A stretch of DNA of 64,000 bases, taken from contig JBEULP010000003.1 in the NCBI GenBank assembly GCA_041287245.1, positions 1 to 64,000 of the forward strand. Reading direction: 5' to 3'. Under the pieces are notes generated by a model that searched no databases, was not told where the DNA came from, and saw nothing but the letters and a program-made list of their open reading frames with translations. A program made the translations under genes and the position numbers. Shown here piece after piece: positions 49,648 through 58,778 of the stretch (positions are counted from its first letter, which is position 1; each line of letters begins with the position of its first letter). Source of the DNA: Infirmifilum sp. (GTDB lineage Archaea > Thermoproteota > Thermoprotei > Thermofilales > Thermofilaceae).

Positions 49648-50139
49648 ATGGGAAACTTTACTGTGATACCGGTTCTACACAACACCTCCAGCGCTCAACG
49701 GCTCGCAGAAGTCGCGCGAACCGTTTATGGCTTAGGCTTTAACCACTTTATCGTCACAAAGGCTGTAGGCTCCGCCGCCCAGGTCGGTGTTCCTGAGGCG
49801 CAGAAACTCGCATACAAGTCCGGGAAGAACCTCTTGGTTTTAGCAGACCTTCCAGAGGCTGTAGAACTGCTACAACCTAAGAAGGTTTTACTAGTTATGC
49901 CCGGAAAATACGGCGGTAGAAGACTACAGGACACTCTAGCAGAGCTTGAGAAAGACACAACTGAAAACAACAAGGTATTCATAGTCTTCGGAGGGGCAGA
50001 ACCCGGCTTGTCCCAGCGAGAGCTAAGGCTGGGTGAGGTTGTAAGCCCAGAGGGAATAGAGGAAGATATCGGCACAGTAGCTCTTGCCGCAATAACGTTG
50101 TATAAGATTCGCGCGCATCTACTTAGCGGGCAACCTTAA
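49648..50139 (+). CDS. DUF2122 / SPOUT-like putative methyltransferase
   Basis: LHN.SS.QRL, G.AAQ.GVPEA.KLA, FGG.EPG; start at Met 49648. Confidence 0.7.
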   Translation: MGNFTVIPVLHNTSSAQRLAEVARTVYGLGFNHFIVTKAVGSAAQVGVPEAQKLAYKSGKNLLVLADLPEAVELLQPKKVLLVMPGKYGGRRLQDTLAELEKDTTENNKVFIVFGGAEPGLSQRELRLGEVVSPEGIEEDIGTVALAAITLYKIRAHLLSGQP

Positions 50140-50316
50140 CCGCGTGACAGTCTTCTTATTCTTCCAATCATAGCTTCGCATTCTCTTGGATCGGCCGAAG
50201 CCGCAGTGGGCACAATAGCCTTTCTTCACGTTGAAGCTGTGGTGTCCGCATCTTCTACATCTAATGTGTGTTTTTCCTGAGCCTCTCTTACCAAACGAGG
50301 TCGTACCCTTTACCAT
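50119..50316 (-). CDS. rpl37e: Ribosomal protein eL37
   Basis: [24 protein letters not shown]. Confidence 0.96.
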   Translation of the reverse strand: MVKGTTSFGKRGSGKTHIRCRRCGHHSFNVKKGYCAHCGFGRSKRMRSYDWKNKKTVTRLRLPAK

Positions 50317-50328
50317 GGAGCCTCACCC

Positions 50329-50550
50329 TTAGGAGGTGGCGGGGCTAATTAAAACAACATTGTCGCCCCTGACAACAATAGTGCCGTATTGTCTTGTCCT
50401 GTTGCCCCTAACCTCCTCAGCATTCTCTAATATGAGGTTCAAGTGATAGTCGAAGCTCTTGAGAATTCCTCTTATTTCCCGGCCACCCTTGAGCTTTACG
50501 AGCACACTTTTACCCACAGAGTCAGCCAGTATGTCTACAGTTCCCTCCAT
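50329..50550 (-). CDS. Sm-like (Lsm/SmAP) protein
   Basis: VLVKLKGG..RG.L.SFD.HLNL.L, VVRGDNV; conserved position before rpl37e. Confidence 0.93.
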   Translation of the reverse strand: MEGTVDILADSVGKSVLVKLKGGREIRGILKSFDYHLNLILENAEEVRGNRTRQYGTIVVRGDNVVLISPATS

Positions 50551-50634
50551 ATTTGACGCCTGCATTTCTTCGAATAAACTACCCTTTAAAGTTTTTCTTA
50601 ACCCTACACGCGCGAAGCTCGGGCGGTCAAGCGT

Positions 50635-50709
50635 CGATGTGTTTATAACCACTCCAGCTTTATTATTTTGACAAACCGAGAAGCCGGGGTGGCCGAGCGG
50701 ACCAAGGCG
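50635..50709 (+). repeat. 75-bp exact direct repeat, copy 1 (promoter plus 5' end of tRNA-Ser)
   Basis: Identical to 53050-53124. Confidence 0.95.
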
Positions 50710-50785
50710 GCGGACTCGAGATCTCGTCTACGTGAAATCCGTTGCCCGCGAGGGCGCCCGGGTTCAAATCCCGGCCCCGGCGCCA
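50683..50785 (+). tRNA. tRNA-Ser(CGA) with 16-nt intron (50721-50736), CCA encoded
   Basis: GCGGA-CT-CGA-G|intron|A-TCCGT, long variable arm, G73. Confidence 0.94.
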
Positions 50786-50912
50786 TGTTCTAGCGCGCGT
50801 TAGGTTTGGGTGTCAGCCTTATTCTAGGCAAGGGTTGTTGCGTGCCCCCTGGTTCTCATCCAGGTCTAGGGTAACTTTAATTAAGAAATTCTCTTTGTTC
50901 TTCTAGAGTTAT

Positions 50913-51662
50913 ATGAGGAACATTGTCTTATTCCTTGGACCTGCGGGAAGCGGAAAGACCTCGTTGACAGCGGCGTTTGGAAGGTGGTTGAGGACGAAAA
51001 TGCTGTTGCCCACCACAATACTTAATCTGGATCCTGGCGTAGAGTTCCTGCCTTACCAGCCTGACGTCGATATAAGAGAGTATGTAACAGTGGATCAGGT
51101 AATGAGGGAGTTTATGCTTGGACCAAATGGGGCCCTATTGAAGAGCGCTGAGATAGCTTCGAAGCATCTGGTCGAGATGAAAGAGAAAATCAAGAGGCTG
51201 CCATCACCATACCTCCTCGTTGACACTCCTGGGCAAATGGAGCTTTTCCTCTACCGAGACTTCGGTCCACGCTTCGTAGAAGAGTTCCGTGAAATTGGCT
51301 ATATAATTGGCGTGGTTATAGTCGACCCTACCCTTGCCTCCATGGCGCAGGATGTTGTTTCCCTGAAGCTTCAGACCTTAATCGTACAGCTCCGCCTAGG
51401 CATTGACGCGATTGCGGTTATAAACAAGGCTGACACGCTCACAAGCGATCCTAGACTTTTCGCCGACACCGAGTACCTTCAATTAAAGCTTCGGGAGAAC
51501 AAGGGATTGGCGGCAGAGATCTCCGAGAAAATCCTCAACCTGCTTGCCGACTACAAGCTTGCCACTAGAACACCACTGGTTTCAGCCACGACGGGAAAAG
51601 GTTTAGAAGAACTCTACGACATGCTTCACGAGATTTTCTGCACCTGTGGAGACCTCACTTAG
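50913..51662 (+). CDS. GPN-loop GTPase
   Basis: GPAGSGKT, NLDPG, LGPNG, DTPGQME, NKAD, C-terminal CTCGDL. Confidence 0.92.
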   Translation: MRNIVLFLGPAGSGKTSLTAAFGRWLRTKMLLPTTILNLDPGVEFLPYQPDVDIREYVTVDQVMREFMLGPNGALLKSAEIASKHLVEMKEKIKRLPSPYLLVDTPGQMELFLYRDFGPRFVEEFREIGYIIGVVIVDPTLASMAQDVVSLKLQTLIVQLRLGIDAIAVINKADTLTSDPRLFADTEYLQLKLRENKGLAAEISEKILNLLADYKLATRTPLVSATTGKGLEELYDMLHEIFCTCGDLT

Positions 51663-51702
51663 ATTACGCGTGAACCATTGAAATAACTATTTAAGCCGAG
51701 CT

Positions 51703-52896
51703 TCACGTATTCTCTAGCAACGTTTTAATAATGGCATCGCTGGTAAGGCCTTCTTCGACGTTCTTCAGCGGCACTCCTATGGATACCACCTTAGTTCTAC
51801 CGTAGCGTCCAAGGCTTATAACTCTTGCATTGATTATGCCTACAATATCCAGTTCGTTTATAACATCGCTGATTCTCCTTGAAGTGACAGGCTCCATGCC
51901 GATCTTGTTGACGAGTTCCTTGTACTTATCATAGACGAGCCCTGTAGTTATCATTTTAGAGCCTTCATTCCTCGATAAAAGATATATTGAGGCTAGAACA
52001 AGTTTGACGTGAAGAGGCATTGTTTTTATAATGTCGACGGCGAGGTTTTTCTCTATCTCGTTCCGAGCCTTGTCAACATGGACGTGAGTGATTGCCTCTG
52101 CGCCATCCCGATCAGCGATATCAGCTGCCTTGAGCAATATGTCTAGCGCCAGCCTGCAGTCCCCGTTTTGCCGGGCCGCGATAGCAGCCACTTTTTTGAT
52201 CACGTCATCTGTAACAGCGCCTTCCTTAAGGGCTTCCCGTGCCCTTCTCTGTAATATGTCTTCAAGCTGAACCGCATTATAGGGTGGAAATACAAGTTCT
52301 TCTTCTCCCAGGCTGCTCTTCACACGGGCGTCGAGAAACTCTGTAAACTTCAAGTCGTTTGTGATTCCGATCAAGCTCACCTTCGAGTTCGAGAGCTCCT
52401 CATTCACACGCGTCAGAAAATATAACACATCGTCTCCCTGCCTTTTAACAAGATTATCAATCTCATCTAAGACCACGATGACTATGCTCCTTTGTCTCTC
52501 CAGGCCTTGTATAACCCGCTTCATAACCTCGCCAAGAGCAAGCCCGGTGAAAGGCACCTTCACGCCGAGAAACTTCGCAAGCTCTGCCAGAACCCTATAG
52601 CTCGTGTTATTCTGGCGACAGTTAATGTAGACGTAATCGATTTTTCTCTGAGCCTTTTCACGAATCTTCCTCAAAACATATTTCGTAACGGCTGTTTTTC
52701 CCGTGCCGGTTAAGCCGTAGATAAACACATTAGACGGCCTTGAACCGCTGAGGGCGGGTGCAAGAACCCTGGCAAGAGTTATTATTTGCTCATCCCTATG
52801 AGGCAACTCCTCAGGAATATAATCGGGGAGCAGTTTCTCCCTATCCTTAAAGATCTTCGACTCTAGATACTGGTGAAAGATCTCCTCCACAGACAC
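51703..52896 (-). CDS. cdc6: Cdc6/Orc1 replication initiator
   Basis: YIPEELPHR, GLTGTGKT, LDEID, RVKSSL, FPPY, winged helix SLGRYGRT. Confidence 0.96.
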   Translation of the reverse strand: MSVEEIFHQYLESKIFKDREKLLPDYIPEELPHRDEQIITLARVLAPALSGSRPSNVFIYGLTGTGKTAVTKYVLRKIREKAQRKIDYVYINCRQNNTSYRVLAELAKFLGVKVPFTGLALGEVMKRVIQGLERQRSIVIVVLDEIDNLVKRQGDDVLYFLTRVNEELSNSKVSLIGITNDLKFTEFLDARVKSSLGEEELVFPPYNAVQLEDILQRRAREALKEGAVTDDVIKKVAAIAARQNGDCRLALDILLKAADIADRDGAEAITHVHVDKARNEIEKNLAVDIIKTMPLHVKLVLASIYLLSRNEGSKMITTGLVYDKYKELVNKIGMEPVTSRRISDVINELDIVGIINARVISLGRYGRTKVVSIGVPLKNVEEGLTSDAIIKTLLENT

Positions 52897-53049
52897 TTCA
52901 TACCCCTAAGATTTATATTCTAAGGTAAAGATAATTTTAGCAAACAAGTTACAAAGAACCGATCTCCATCTTTAATCCCTTCTACTTATGCTTGTATTAC
53001 ATAACCCTACACAAGAACCCTCGGTACAAATGCGCGCGTATAAAGACAA

Positions 53050-53124
53050 CGATGTGTTTATAACCACTCCAGCTTTATTATTTTGACAAACCGAGAAGCC
53101 GGGGTGGCCGAGCGGACCAAGGCG
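53050..53124 (+). repeat. 75-bp exact direct repeat, copy 2
   Basis: Identical to 50635-50709. Confidence 0.95.
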
Positions 53125-53198
53125 ATGGCCTGGAGAAGCCGCTACAGGAAGCCATTGCCCGTCAGGGCGCCCGGGTTCAAATCCCGGCCCCGGCGCCA
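53098..53198 (+). tRNA. tRNA-Ser(GGA) with 14-nt intron (53136-53149), CCA encoded
   Basis: ATGGC-CT-GGA-G|intron|A-GCCAT, long variable arm, G73. Confidence 0.94.
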
Positions 53199-53259
53199 TT
53201 TCTATCCTCGTAGCAGGTAAAGAAAAATTTATCAGGAATTACCGGTTGTTTTTAGGCGA

Positions 53260-53352
53260 GCCCCGGTCGTCTAGCCCGGTCAACCTGCGCTTGGCTGAAA
53301 GGATAACGGCCTTTCGAGCCGTGGATCCCGGGTTCAAATCCCGGCCGGGGCA
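53260..53352 (+). tRNA. tRNA-Glu(TTC) with 17-nt D-loop intron (53283-53299)
   Basis: GCCCCGG/CCGGGGC-A; ACGGC-CT-TTC-GA-GCCGT; BHB-like CGGT/GCTG. Confidence 0.93.
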
Positions 53353-53543
53353 CTGTCTTATTTTTACTCCTTTTCACTGGTTTCAACTGGCCGGATTAAA
53401 GTCTTACATGCAAAAACGCATAGTGCGGCTTTAATTCTCCCATCTGATTATTCATTCGAGCTCGCGCGATGGTTTATTTTAGCGGTAAACTAAGGCTTTA
53501 AAACCTGGCTGAACGTATAAGGGGCTGAAGCGCGGGTGATAAC

Positions 53544-54692
53544 ATGTCTCAAGAAGGCTACAGTGTCACGCCTTGGGAGGCTGAAGGTAAAATAGACTAT
53601 GACAAGCTTATTCAAGAATTTGGAGTTGAGAGGCTTGACGATAGTCTTATTACGAGAATAGAACGACTAGCAGGAGGCCTCCACCCGCTACTACGGCGGG
53701 GATTCTTTTTCGCTCACCGTGACCTTGGCGCAGTCCTAGACGACTACGAGGCTGGGAGGGGGTTCTTCCTCTATACGGGACGTGCACCGAGCAAGGCTCC
53801 TATGCATATAGCGCACATCGTACCGTTTATCGCGACAAGCTGGCTTCAACGCTCGTTCAACGTCAACGTCTATATAGAGATTCCCGACGAGGAGAAGTTC
53901 CTTGCGAAAAAGATTGACTCACTCGAAGAAGTCGAGCCGTTTGTCAGACAAGACATTCTCAACATAGCAGCCTTGGGATTCGATGAGAACCGCACTTTTA
54001 TCTTCCGAGACAGCGAATACATAGGTAAAATGTACAAGCCCGCGGTTCTCGTAGCTAGACACATAAACTTCTCCACGGCGAGAGCCGTATTCGGGTTCGA
54101 CAACGAAACAAGCATAGGGCTTATCTTCTATCCAGCCCTCCAGATTGTGCCTACACTCTTCGAGCGCCGACGCCCCCTCATCCCATGCGGTATAGACCAA
54201 GACCCTTATTTTCGCCTCCAACGTGACATAGCGCCTAGACTAAACAGGTACAAGACATCGGAGCTTCTCGCCAAGCTTGCATGGGGCCTGAAAGGACCTG
54301 AGAGTAAAATGTCAGCATCCGATCCGGACACCGCCATACTGCTCAACGATTCGCCAGAGCTTGTCAAGAGAAAAATCATGAACGCATACACGGGTGGCAA
54401 GGCAACAGTCGAGGAGCAACGACAACTCGGAGGAAACCCCGAAGTATGCACAGTTTTTCACTGGTACACCCTTCTCTTCGAAGAGGATGACAAAAAATTG
54501 GAGGAGCGCTACTGGGCGTGCAAAACGGGAAAACTCCTATGCGGAGAGTGCAAGGCAGAGCTTGTGAAAAGAATAAACAACTTCCTCGCACTGCACAACA
54601 AAAAAGTAGCCGAGGCCGAGAAAAAAGTAGAGAAATTCATGTACGACGGAAAACTTGCTCAAGAAATGTGGAACTGGAAATTCGAGTATTAA
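53544..54692 (+). CDS. trpS: Tryptophanyl-tRNA synthetase (archaeal/eukaryal type)
   Basis: VTPW, YTGRAPS..MHIAH, DQDPYFR, KMSAS. Confidence 0.96.
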   Translation: MSQEGYSVTPWEAEGKIDYDKLIQEFGVERLDDSLITRIERLAGGLHPLLRRGFFFAHRDLGAVLDDYEAGRGFFLYTGRAPSKAPMHIAHIVPFIATSWLQRSFNVNVYIEIPDEEKFLAKKIDSLEEVEPFVRQDILNIAALGFDENRTFIFRDSEYIGKMYKPAVLVARHINFSTARAVFGFDNETSIGLIFYPALQIVPTLFERRRPLIPCGIDQDPYFRLQRDIAPRLNRYKTSELLAKLAWGLKGPESKMSASDPDTAILLNDSPELVKRKIMNAYTGGKATVEEQRQLGGNPEVCTVFHWYTLLFEEDDKKLEERYWACKTGKLLCGECKAELVKRINNFLALHNKKVAEAEKKVEKFMYDGKLAQEMWNWKFEY

Positions 54693-54828
54693 CACACCTG
54701 TTAACAGCCCATCTACCAGCACAAGACCATTATTATCAATCCCCCATTCCCAAGCAGCCCCACAAATACAACCAGGCAACGCGCGCAGGAGAGGAAGCCA
54801 GAACTAGGCAACAAGTAAAGAACAGTTA

Positions 54829-54920
54829 CGGGCCGGCCGGGATTCGAACCCGGGACCTACGGGTTAAGAGCCTCGACCTTCAGTGGCGACCGCCGCTCTA
54901 CCTAGCTGAGCTACCGGCCC
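54829..54920 (-). tRNA. tRNA-Lys(CTT) with 18-nt intron at 30/31 (54872-54889)
   Basis: GCGG|intron|G-CT-CTT-AA-CCCGT; BHB CGGC/GTCG. Confidence 0.94.
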
Positions 54921-54967
54921 TTTTCAGAAGGTAGTGTAGGTTAAAGGGTATTAATTTTTTTCGAGTC

Positions 54968-55666
54968 TTAAAAAAGACGTGGCTGCCTAGGAACTTGGAA
55001 AACTATCGGCTCTATTTCACTTAAAATGACTGTTAGAGCATCGTCGGAGCTTAGCTGTAAAACTGTTTTCAGATCAATCACTATGGTGTTCGCATAGACG
55101 CTAACGCGAGGTTTATAGAGGGATACTATAGTGGGAAGCATCCGATAAACGCCTGGCTCGACAGGTATCGGCAGAACGGTTTGCTCAAAAGCTCTGGCCA
55201 GAGATGCGCAGCGGTCGGCTTGCGCCACCGCCGCCCTGTGCAGAAGACTTTCACGCAGCCTCTGCCACCTTTTGCAGTCTATGCATAAAGCCACACCTCT
55301 TTTCAACGCAAGCACATCTACCTCGTAGCGCCTCCCTAGCAGCTTGAAGCGGATCGTCCTGTAAGATGTGAATCCGGCCTCGGAGAGAGCCTCTGCCACG
55401 AGTTCCTCAAGCGTGCTCCACCCGGAGTTTAGGGATAAGGTAATAACGTCATAGCCCGCTAACCATGCTCGAAGCAAGAAGACATTAAGCCTTGTATTAA
55501 CCAACCCCTCCTTAACTTCTACACCTATATTCTTAAAAAGCTCCTCGATGAAGATCCTGTTGACACCAGTGTTTTCCGATATCTCATCTAAAGTAATTCT
55601 CGGGCTTTGAGATAAAAGACGGATGGTAGCGCTGAGGACTATCTCGGCCCTCAGTAAAGAAGACAA
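54968..55666 (-). CDS. PD-(D/E)xK nuclease (Mrr/NERD-like) with N-terminal HTH
   Basis: LEELVAEAL..AGF, EVDVLA, IDCKRW, Q..R. Confidence 0.75.
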   Translation of the reverse strand: MSSLLRAEIVLSATIRLLSQSPRITLDEISENTGVNRIFIEELFKNIGVEVKEGLVNTRLNVFLLRAWLAGYDVITLSLNSGWSTLEELVAEALSEAGFTSYRTIRFKLLGRRYEVDVLALKRGVALCIDCKRWQRLRESLLHRAAVAQADRCASLARAFEQTVLPIPVEPGVYRMLPTIVSLYKPRVSVYANTIVIDLKTVLQLSSDDALTVILSEIEPIVFQVPRQPRLF

Positions 55667-55681
55667 GAGGATAACCTTCGG

Positions 55682-56107
55682 CTAGATTATTACAGAGGCC
55701 ATCGGAGGTAGCTTAGGCCATCGTTCCGCAGCCTCTTTTGCCAGCGGGCCTCTGATCTCAGTGCCCTTTGGGTCTCCCTCAGGTGTTATTATTACGACGG
55801 CGTTGTCCTCGAAGGCTATCCAGGTGCCGTCCGCCCTCCTGTAAGGTCTCCTCTGCCTTATCACGATTGCCCGCATGATCTGCTTTCTCAGCTCAGGCTT
55901 CCCGGCCCTTATAGATACAACAACCATGTCACCCACCGCGGCACCGGGAACCCTACGCCAAACCGCCTTATAGTGTGGAACCCCTATAACCTTGGCTAGG
56001 GTTGCTCCTGAATTGTCTGCTACCTTTACCAGGCTTTCCATGAAGATGCCTGGAGTCAGTCCAAGCCGGTATGAAACTCCAACTGTCTTTGGACCTCTTT
56101 TCGCCAC
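55682..56107 (-). CDS. rpl14p: Ribosomal protein uL14
   Basis: [20 protein letters not shown]. Confidence 0.97.
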   Translation of the reverse strand: MAKRGPKTVGVSYRLGLTPGIFMESLVKVADNSGATLAKVIGVPHYKAVWRRVPGAAVGDMVVVSIRAGKPELRKQIMRAIVIRQRRPYRRADGTWIAFEDNAVVIITPEGDPKGTEIRGPLAKEAAERWPKLPPMASVII

Positions 56108-56121
56108 TCACGCCACCCCTT

Positions 56122-56448
56122 TTAAGCCTTCCCGAGAACTACAAATGCCACCGACTTTGCGAGGGGCCTTGTCTCCCCGATGACAACCTCGTCTCCAGGT
56201 TTTACCTCTATGCATGGAGGTACCCTTACATGCTTCTTCGTTCGTCTACGCTCATACCTTTTGTACTTCTTGTTGTAATAGAGATACTCGTGTACCACCA
56301 CTGCCGCTCTATTCATCTTGACGTCTTCAACCCTTACGCGCAGTATCTGTCCCCTGACGGACAGTTTGCCGTGCCAGGGGCATAGCGGGTCGTCACACTT
56401 TTTTTCTGGGGGTTTGAGCCCCGGAATCCCTACATGCCTTTTAGCCAT
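56122..56448 (-). CDS. rps17p: Ribosomal protein uS17
   Basis: CPWHG.L.VRG, KYKRYERR, ETRPLAK. Confidence 0.97.
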   Translation of the reverse strand: MAKRHVGIPGLKPPEKKCDDPLCPWHGKLSVRGQILRVRVEDVKMNRAAVVVHEYLYYNKKYKRYERRRTKKHVRVPPCIEVKPGDEVVIGETRPLAKSVAFVVLGKA

Positions 56449-56514
56449 AGCTAATACACCAGACTAAAAGTGCCAATACACAAGAGTTTTTAAAACTTTG
56501 CGATGATCCCAATC

Positions 56515-56799
56515 TTAGTAGTAGTAAAGCCTCCTCTTTAGCCTCTCTTCAGACCGCCCCACGAGATATCTTCCGTCAACCCGGACTTTGCTCCCGCCAG
56601 GTAACTCGAAGAGGAACACTGCTTGAAATTTTAAGACGACCCGCTTCCTGCCTCCGGGCTCTCCGATCACAAGGGTATTCTTAGTCTCATCTAGCACTAA
56701 ACCTTTAACCCCTATAAGACTTGGGTTTCTAGCCTCAACAACTTGGACTGGAAGGCCTATAAGCTCGTGCCGTAATATGTTTCGGGGGGTTATCCTCAT
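56515..56799 (-). CDS. rnp1: RNase P protein Rpp29/POP4
   Basis: HELIGL.V, G.V.DETKNTL, RSEERLK. Confidence 0.93.
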   Translation of the reverse strand: MRITPRNILRHELIGLPVQVVEARNPSLIGVKGLVLDETKNTLVIGEPGGRKRVVLKFQAVFLFELPGGSKVRVDGRYLVGRSEERLKRRLYYY

Positions 56800-57011
56800 C
56801 AGGCTTGAGCCTTAGCTGCTTCTCGCTCCACGGTCAGTATCATTGCTATTGTCCGCCTAGTTTTCCTGATGAGAGATGGTTTTTCAAGGGATCCTCTAGC
56901 CGCCTGGCTTCGCAACCTTGCAAGCTCTGCTTTAAGCTCCTCTAGCTTCTTTCTCCTGTCCTCTGGACTCATCTCTCTAATCTCCTTGATTGTGTAGAGC
57001 CCCTTTGGCAT
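56799..57011 (-). CDS. rpl29p: Ribosomal protein uL29
   Basis: EIREMS..L.ELK.EL, RRTIA.ILT. Confidence 0.95.
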   Translation of the reverse strand: MPKGLYTIKEIREMSPEDRRKKLEELKAELARLRSQAARGSLEKPSLIRKTRRTIAMILTVEREAAKAQA

Positions 57012-57043
57012 CCAATCACCTCATCATTTCTGAAAACCCATGT

Positions 57044-57670
57044 TTATAAAGTGTTTTTTGCTTCGCTAAGGGTTTGCGGCGCTTTTAGCTCAATAGTATC
57101 CGGCATCTTCGAGGGCCTCATTATCCTGACCTTAACCCCGTACATGCCAAGCTTTAACAACACGTGAACACATGCTTCGTCGACAAGAGCCTCTCCGGGC
57201 TCACCCGACTTGGGCAGGTACCCTCTTGTGAACCTCTCAGTCCTATGCCTCTGGCTTGTGAGCTTACCGCTTATGACTACCTCTGCACCCCGCGCCCCCG
57301 CCGCCATCATCCTGTTAAGCGCGATCATCGCCGCCCTGCGGAACCTGACCCCCCTAACGAGAGCCCTTGCTATCCTATATGCCATTATCTTCGCGTTTAA
57401 GTCCTGGTTTGGCACCTCTACAACGTCAACCTGTGGGTTTTCAAGGCCAAACTCCCTCTCCAGAACGTCGGCTAAAGCTTTAATGTTAGCACCCCTACGG
57501 CCTATGACCATTCCAGGAACTCCCGCATAAATGATAACCTTGGTCCCGATCGGAGTCTTAAAAACCTGGGTGTGAACATAACTTGCACGTACAAACTGCC
57601 TCTGAATATACTCGTGAAGCATCATGTACTGGAGGCCTTGATTTATCGTCTTACGAGTAACCGTCGACAT
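57044..57670 (-). CDS. rps3p: Ribosomal protein uS3
   Basis: PGMVIGRRG, GAEVVISGK, GVKVRIM. Confidence 0.96.
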   Translation of the reverse strand: MSTVTRKTINQGLQYMMLHEYIQRQFVRASYVHTQVFKTPIGTKVIIYAGVPGMVIGRRGANIKALADVLEREFGLENPQVDVVEVPNQDLNAKIMAYRIARALVRGVRFRRAAMIALNRMMAAGARGAEVVISGKLTSQRHRTERFTRGYLPKSGEPGEALVDEACVHVLLKLGMYGVKVRIMRPSKMPDTIELKAPQTLSEAKNTL

Positions 57671-57679
57671 CTAACCACC

Positions 57680-58135
57680 CTAAACTTTTTCCTCCCCAAT
57701 TATCTCAACATGAACAAGCTGATCATAATAAGGCGTGGCTCTCCCAAACGCCCTCGGGAGGTAATTCCTAATCTTAATGCTCTTGTGCGCCGCGGCGTGT
57801 ACAATCCAAATGTTCTCGACATCAAGTCCCTTGAACTCCGCATTACTCTCCAGGTTATGAAGCAAAACAAGGAGATTCTTAGCAACCTTCACAGGAAAAC
57901 GTCCAGGACCACTGACACCACTCTTATGACCCACCTTCCCGTTAAACCGCCTATAGGGAACTGGCCTCTTCATAGCCTTAATCTCCTCCAGTATTTTCTT
58001 AGCCTCGCTCAACTTTTTCCCCTTAATCAGCTTTAAAGTCTCAACAGTAGCCTTGTACGACATGCTGACATCCCTCAGTGAAGCCTTCACAGTTCTCGCG
58101 GGATCCAGCTCTACACTATATCGCCACGTAGGCAT
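57680..58135 (-). CDS. rpl22p: Ribosomal protein uL22
   Basis: GRFPVKVA, PRAFGRATP; start at Met 58135 after GAGGT SD. Confidence 0.96.
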   Translation of the reverse strand: MPTWRYSVELDPARTVKASLRDVSMSYKATVETLKLIKGKKLSEAKKILEEIKAMKRPVPYRRFNGKVGHKSGVSGPGRFPVKVAKNLLVLLHNLESNAEFKGLDVENIWIVHAAAHKSIKIRNYLPRAFGRATPYYDQLVHVEIIGEEKV

Positions 58136-58294
58136 ACCCAAACCTCATTCCCTACCTTACCAAAACAATATAAACATTTTTGCCATCTTCCGCACGCGGC
58201 ATCAAACCGAACTTACTCGCGCGCGCAGGGAGAAAGTCGCTGGGAAAATTGAAGAAATACTTTTAAAAACAGACTAAGACTCTTTAATACAAGC

Positions 58295-58409
58295 GGGGCC
58301 GTAGTCCAGCCTGGAAGGATGCCTGGCACGCTCTCAAAGCGCAGGACTCGGGCTCACACCCAAGTGACAAGAGCCCAGGTGGTCCCGGGTTCAAATCCCG
58401 GCGGCCCCA
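58295..58409 (+). tRNA. tRNA-Pro(CGG) with two introns (32/33: 58328-58347; 37/38: 58353-58373)
   Basis: GGGGCCG/CGGCCCC-A; spliced arm CCTGG-CT-CGG-GC-CCAGG; BHB1 CCTG/CAGG, BHB2 CTCG/CAAG. Confidence 0.92.
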
Positions 58410-58624
58410 CTAACTTTTAACCTTCAAGAGGAGTTTTCCCCTCATATCATGGTGTGTTAGAACACACGGACGTTTTCGCGTACTAGAAAAACTATTTGTA
58501 CCATAGTTTCCTCTTAAAAGTCTGAGAGAGTCCTCTCAATAAGGGCTAAGAAGCTCCCTTCTTGGCTTGTAAACGCTACTAGCAGTAGGACACAAACTAT
58601 CCCGAGACCCACAACAAATATGAA

Positions 58625-58714
58625 CGGGCCCGCCGGGACTTGAACCCGGGACCTACGGCTATCCCCGTGCGGTTCTCCGAAGGCCGCCGCGCCTCCTGAC
58701 TGCGCCACGGGCCC
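58625..58714 (-). tRNA. tRNA-Arg(TCG) with 16-nt intron (58661-58676)
   Basis: GCGGC-CT-TCG-G|intron|A-GCCGT; acceptor GGGCCCG/CGGGCCC-G. Confidence 0.94.
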
Positions 58715-58719
58715 TTTGA

Positions 58720-58778
58720 GGCGTCTCTTCACCTCCTTGTCATCACCTTTTCAGTTGTCAACGCTTCAGTCATCCGCC
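58720..58778 (-). ncRNA. Candidate box C/D-type sRNA directly 5' of tRNA-Arg
   Basis: Minus strand GGCG-G-ATGACTG-aagcgttgacaa-CTGA-aaag-GTGATGA-caaggaggtgaa-GAGA-CGCC; two 12-nt guides, 4-bp terminal stem. Confidence 0.68.

Noticed and set aside
50635..53199. Integrated virus or plasmid bounded by att sites
   Set aside because: No integrase or mobile genes, both tRNAs are complete, and the cargo is housekeeping; kept only as a duplication finding
52972..53434. ORFs of 75 and 62 aa
   Set aside because: Shadows of tRNA-Ser and tRNA-Glu
58514..58732. 72-aa ORF whose GTG overlaps a strong SD-like sequence
   Set aside because: Reads through tRNA-Arg; the GTG is inside the SD-like motif, so the spacing is wrong
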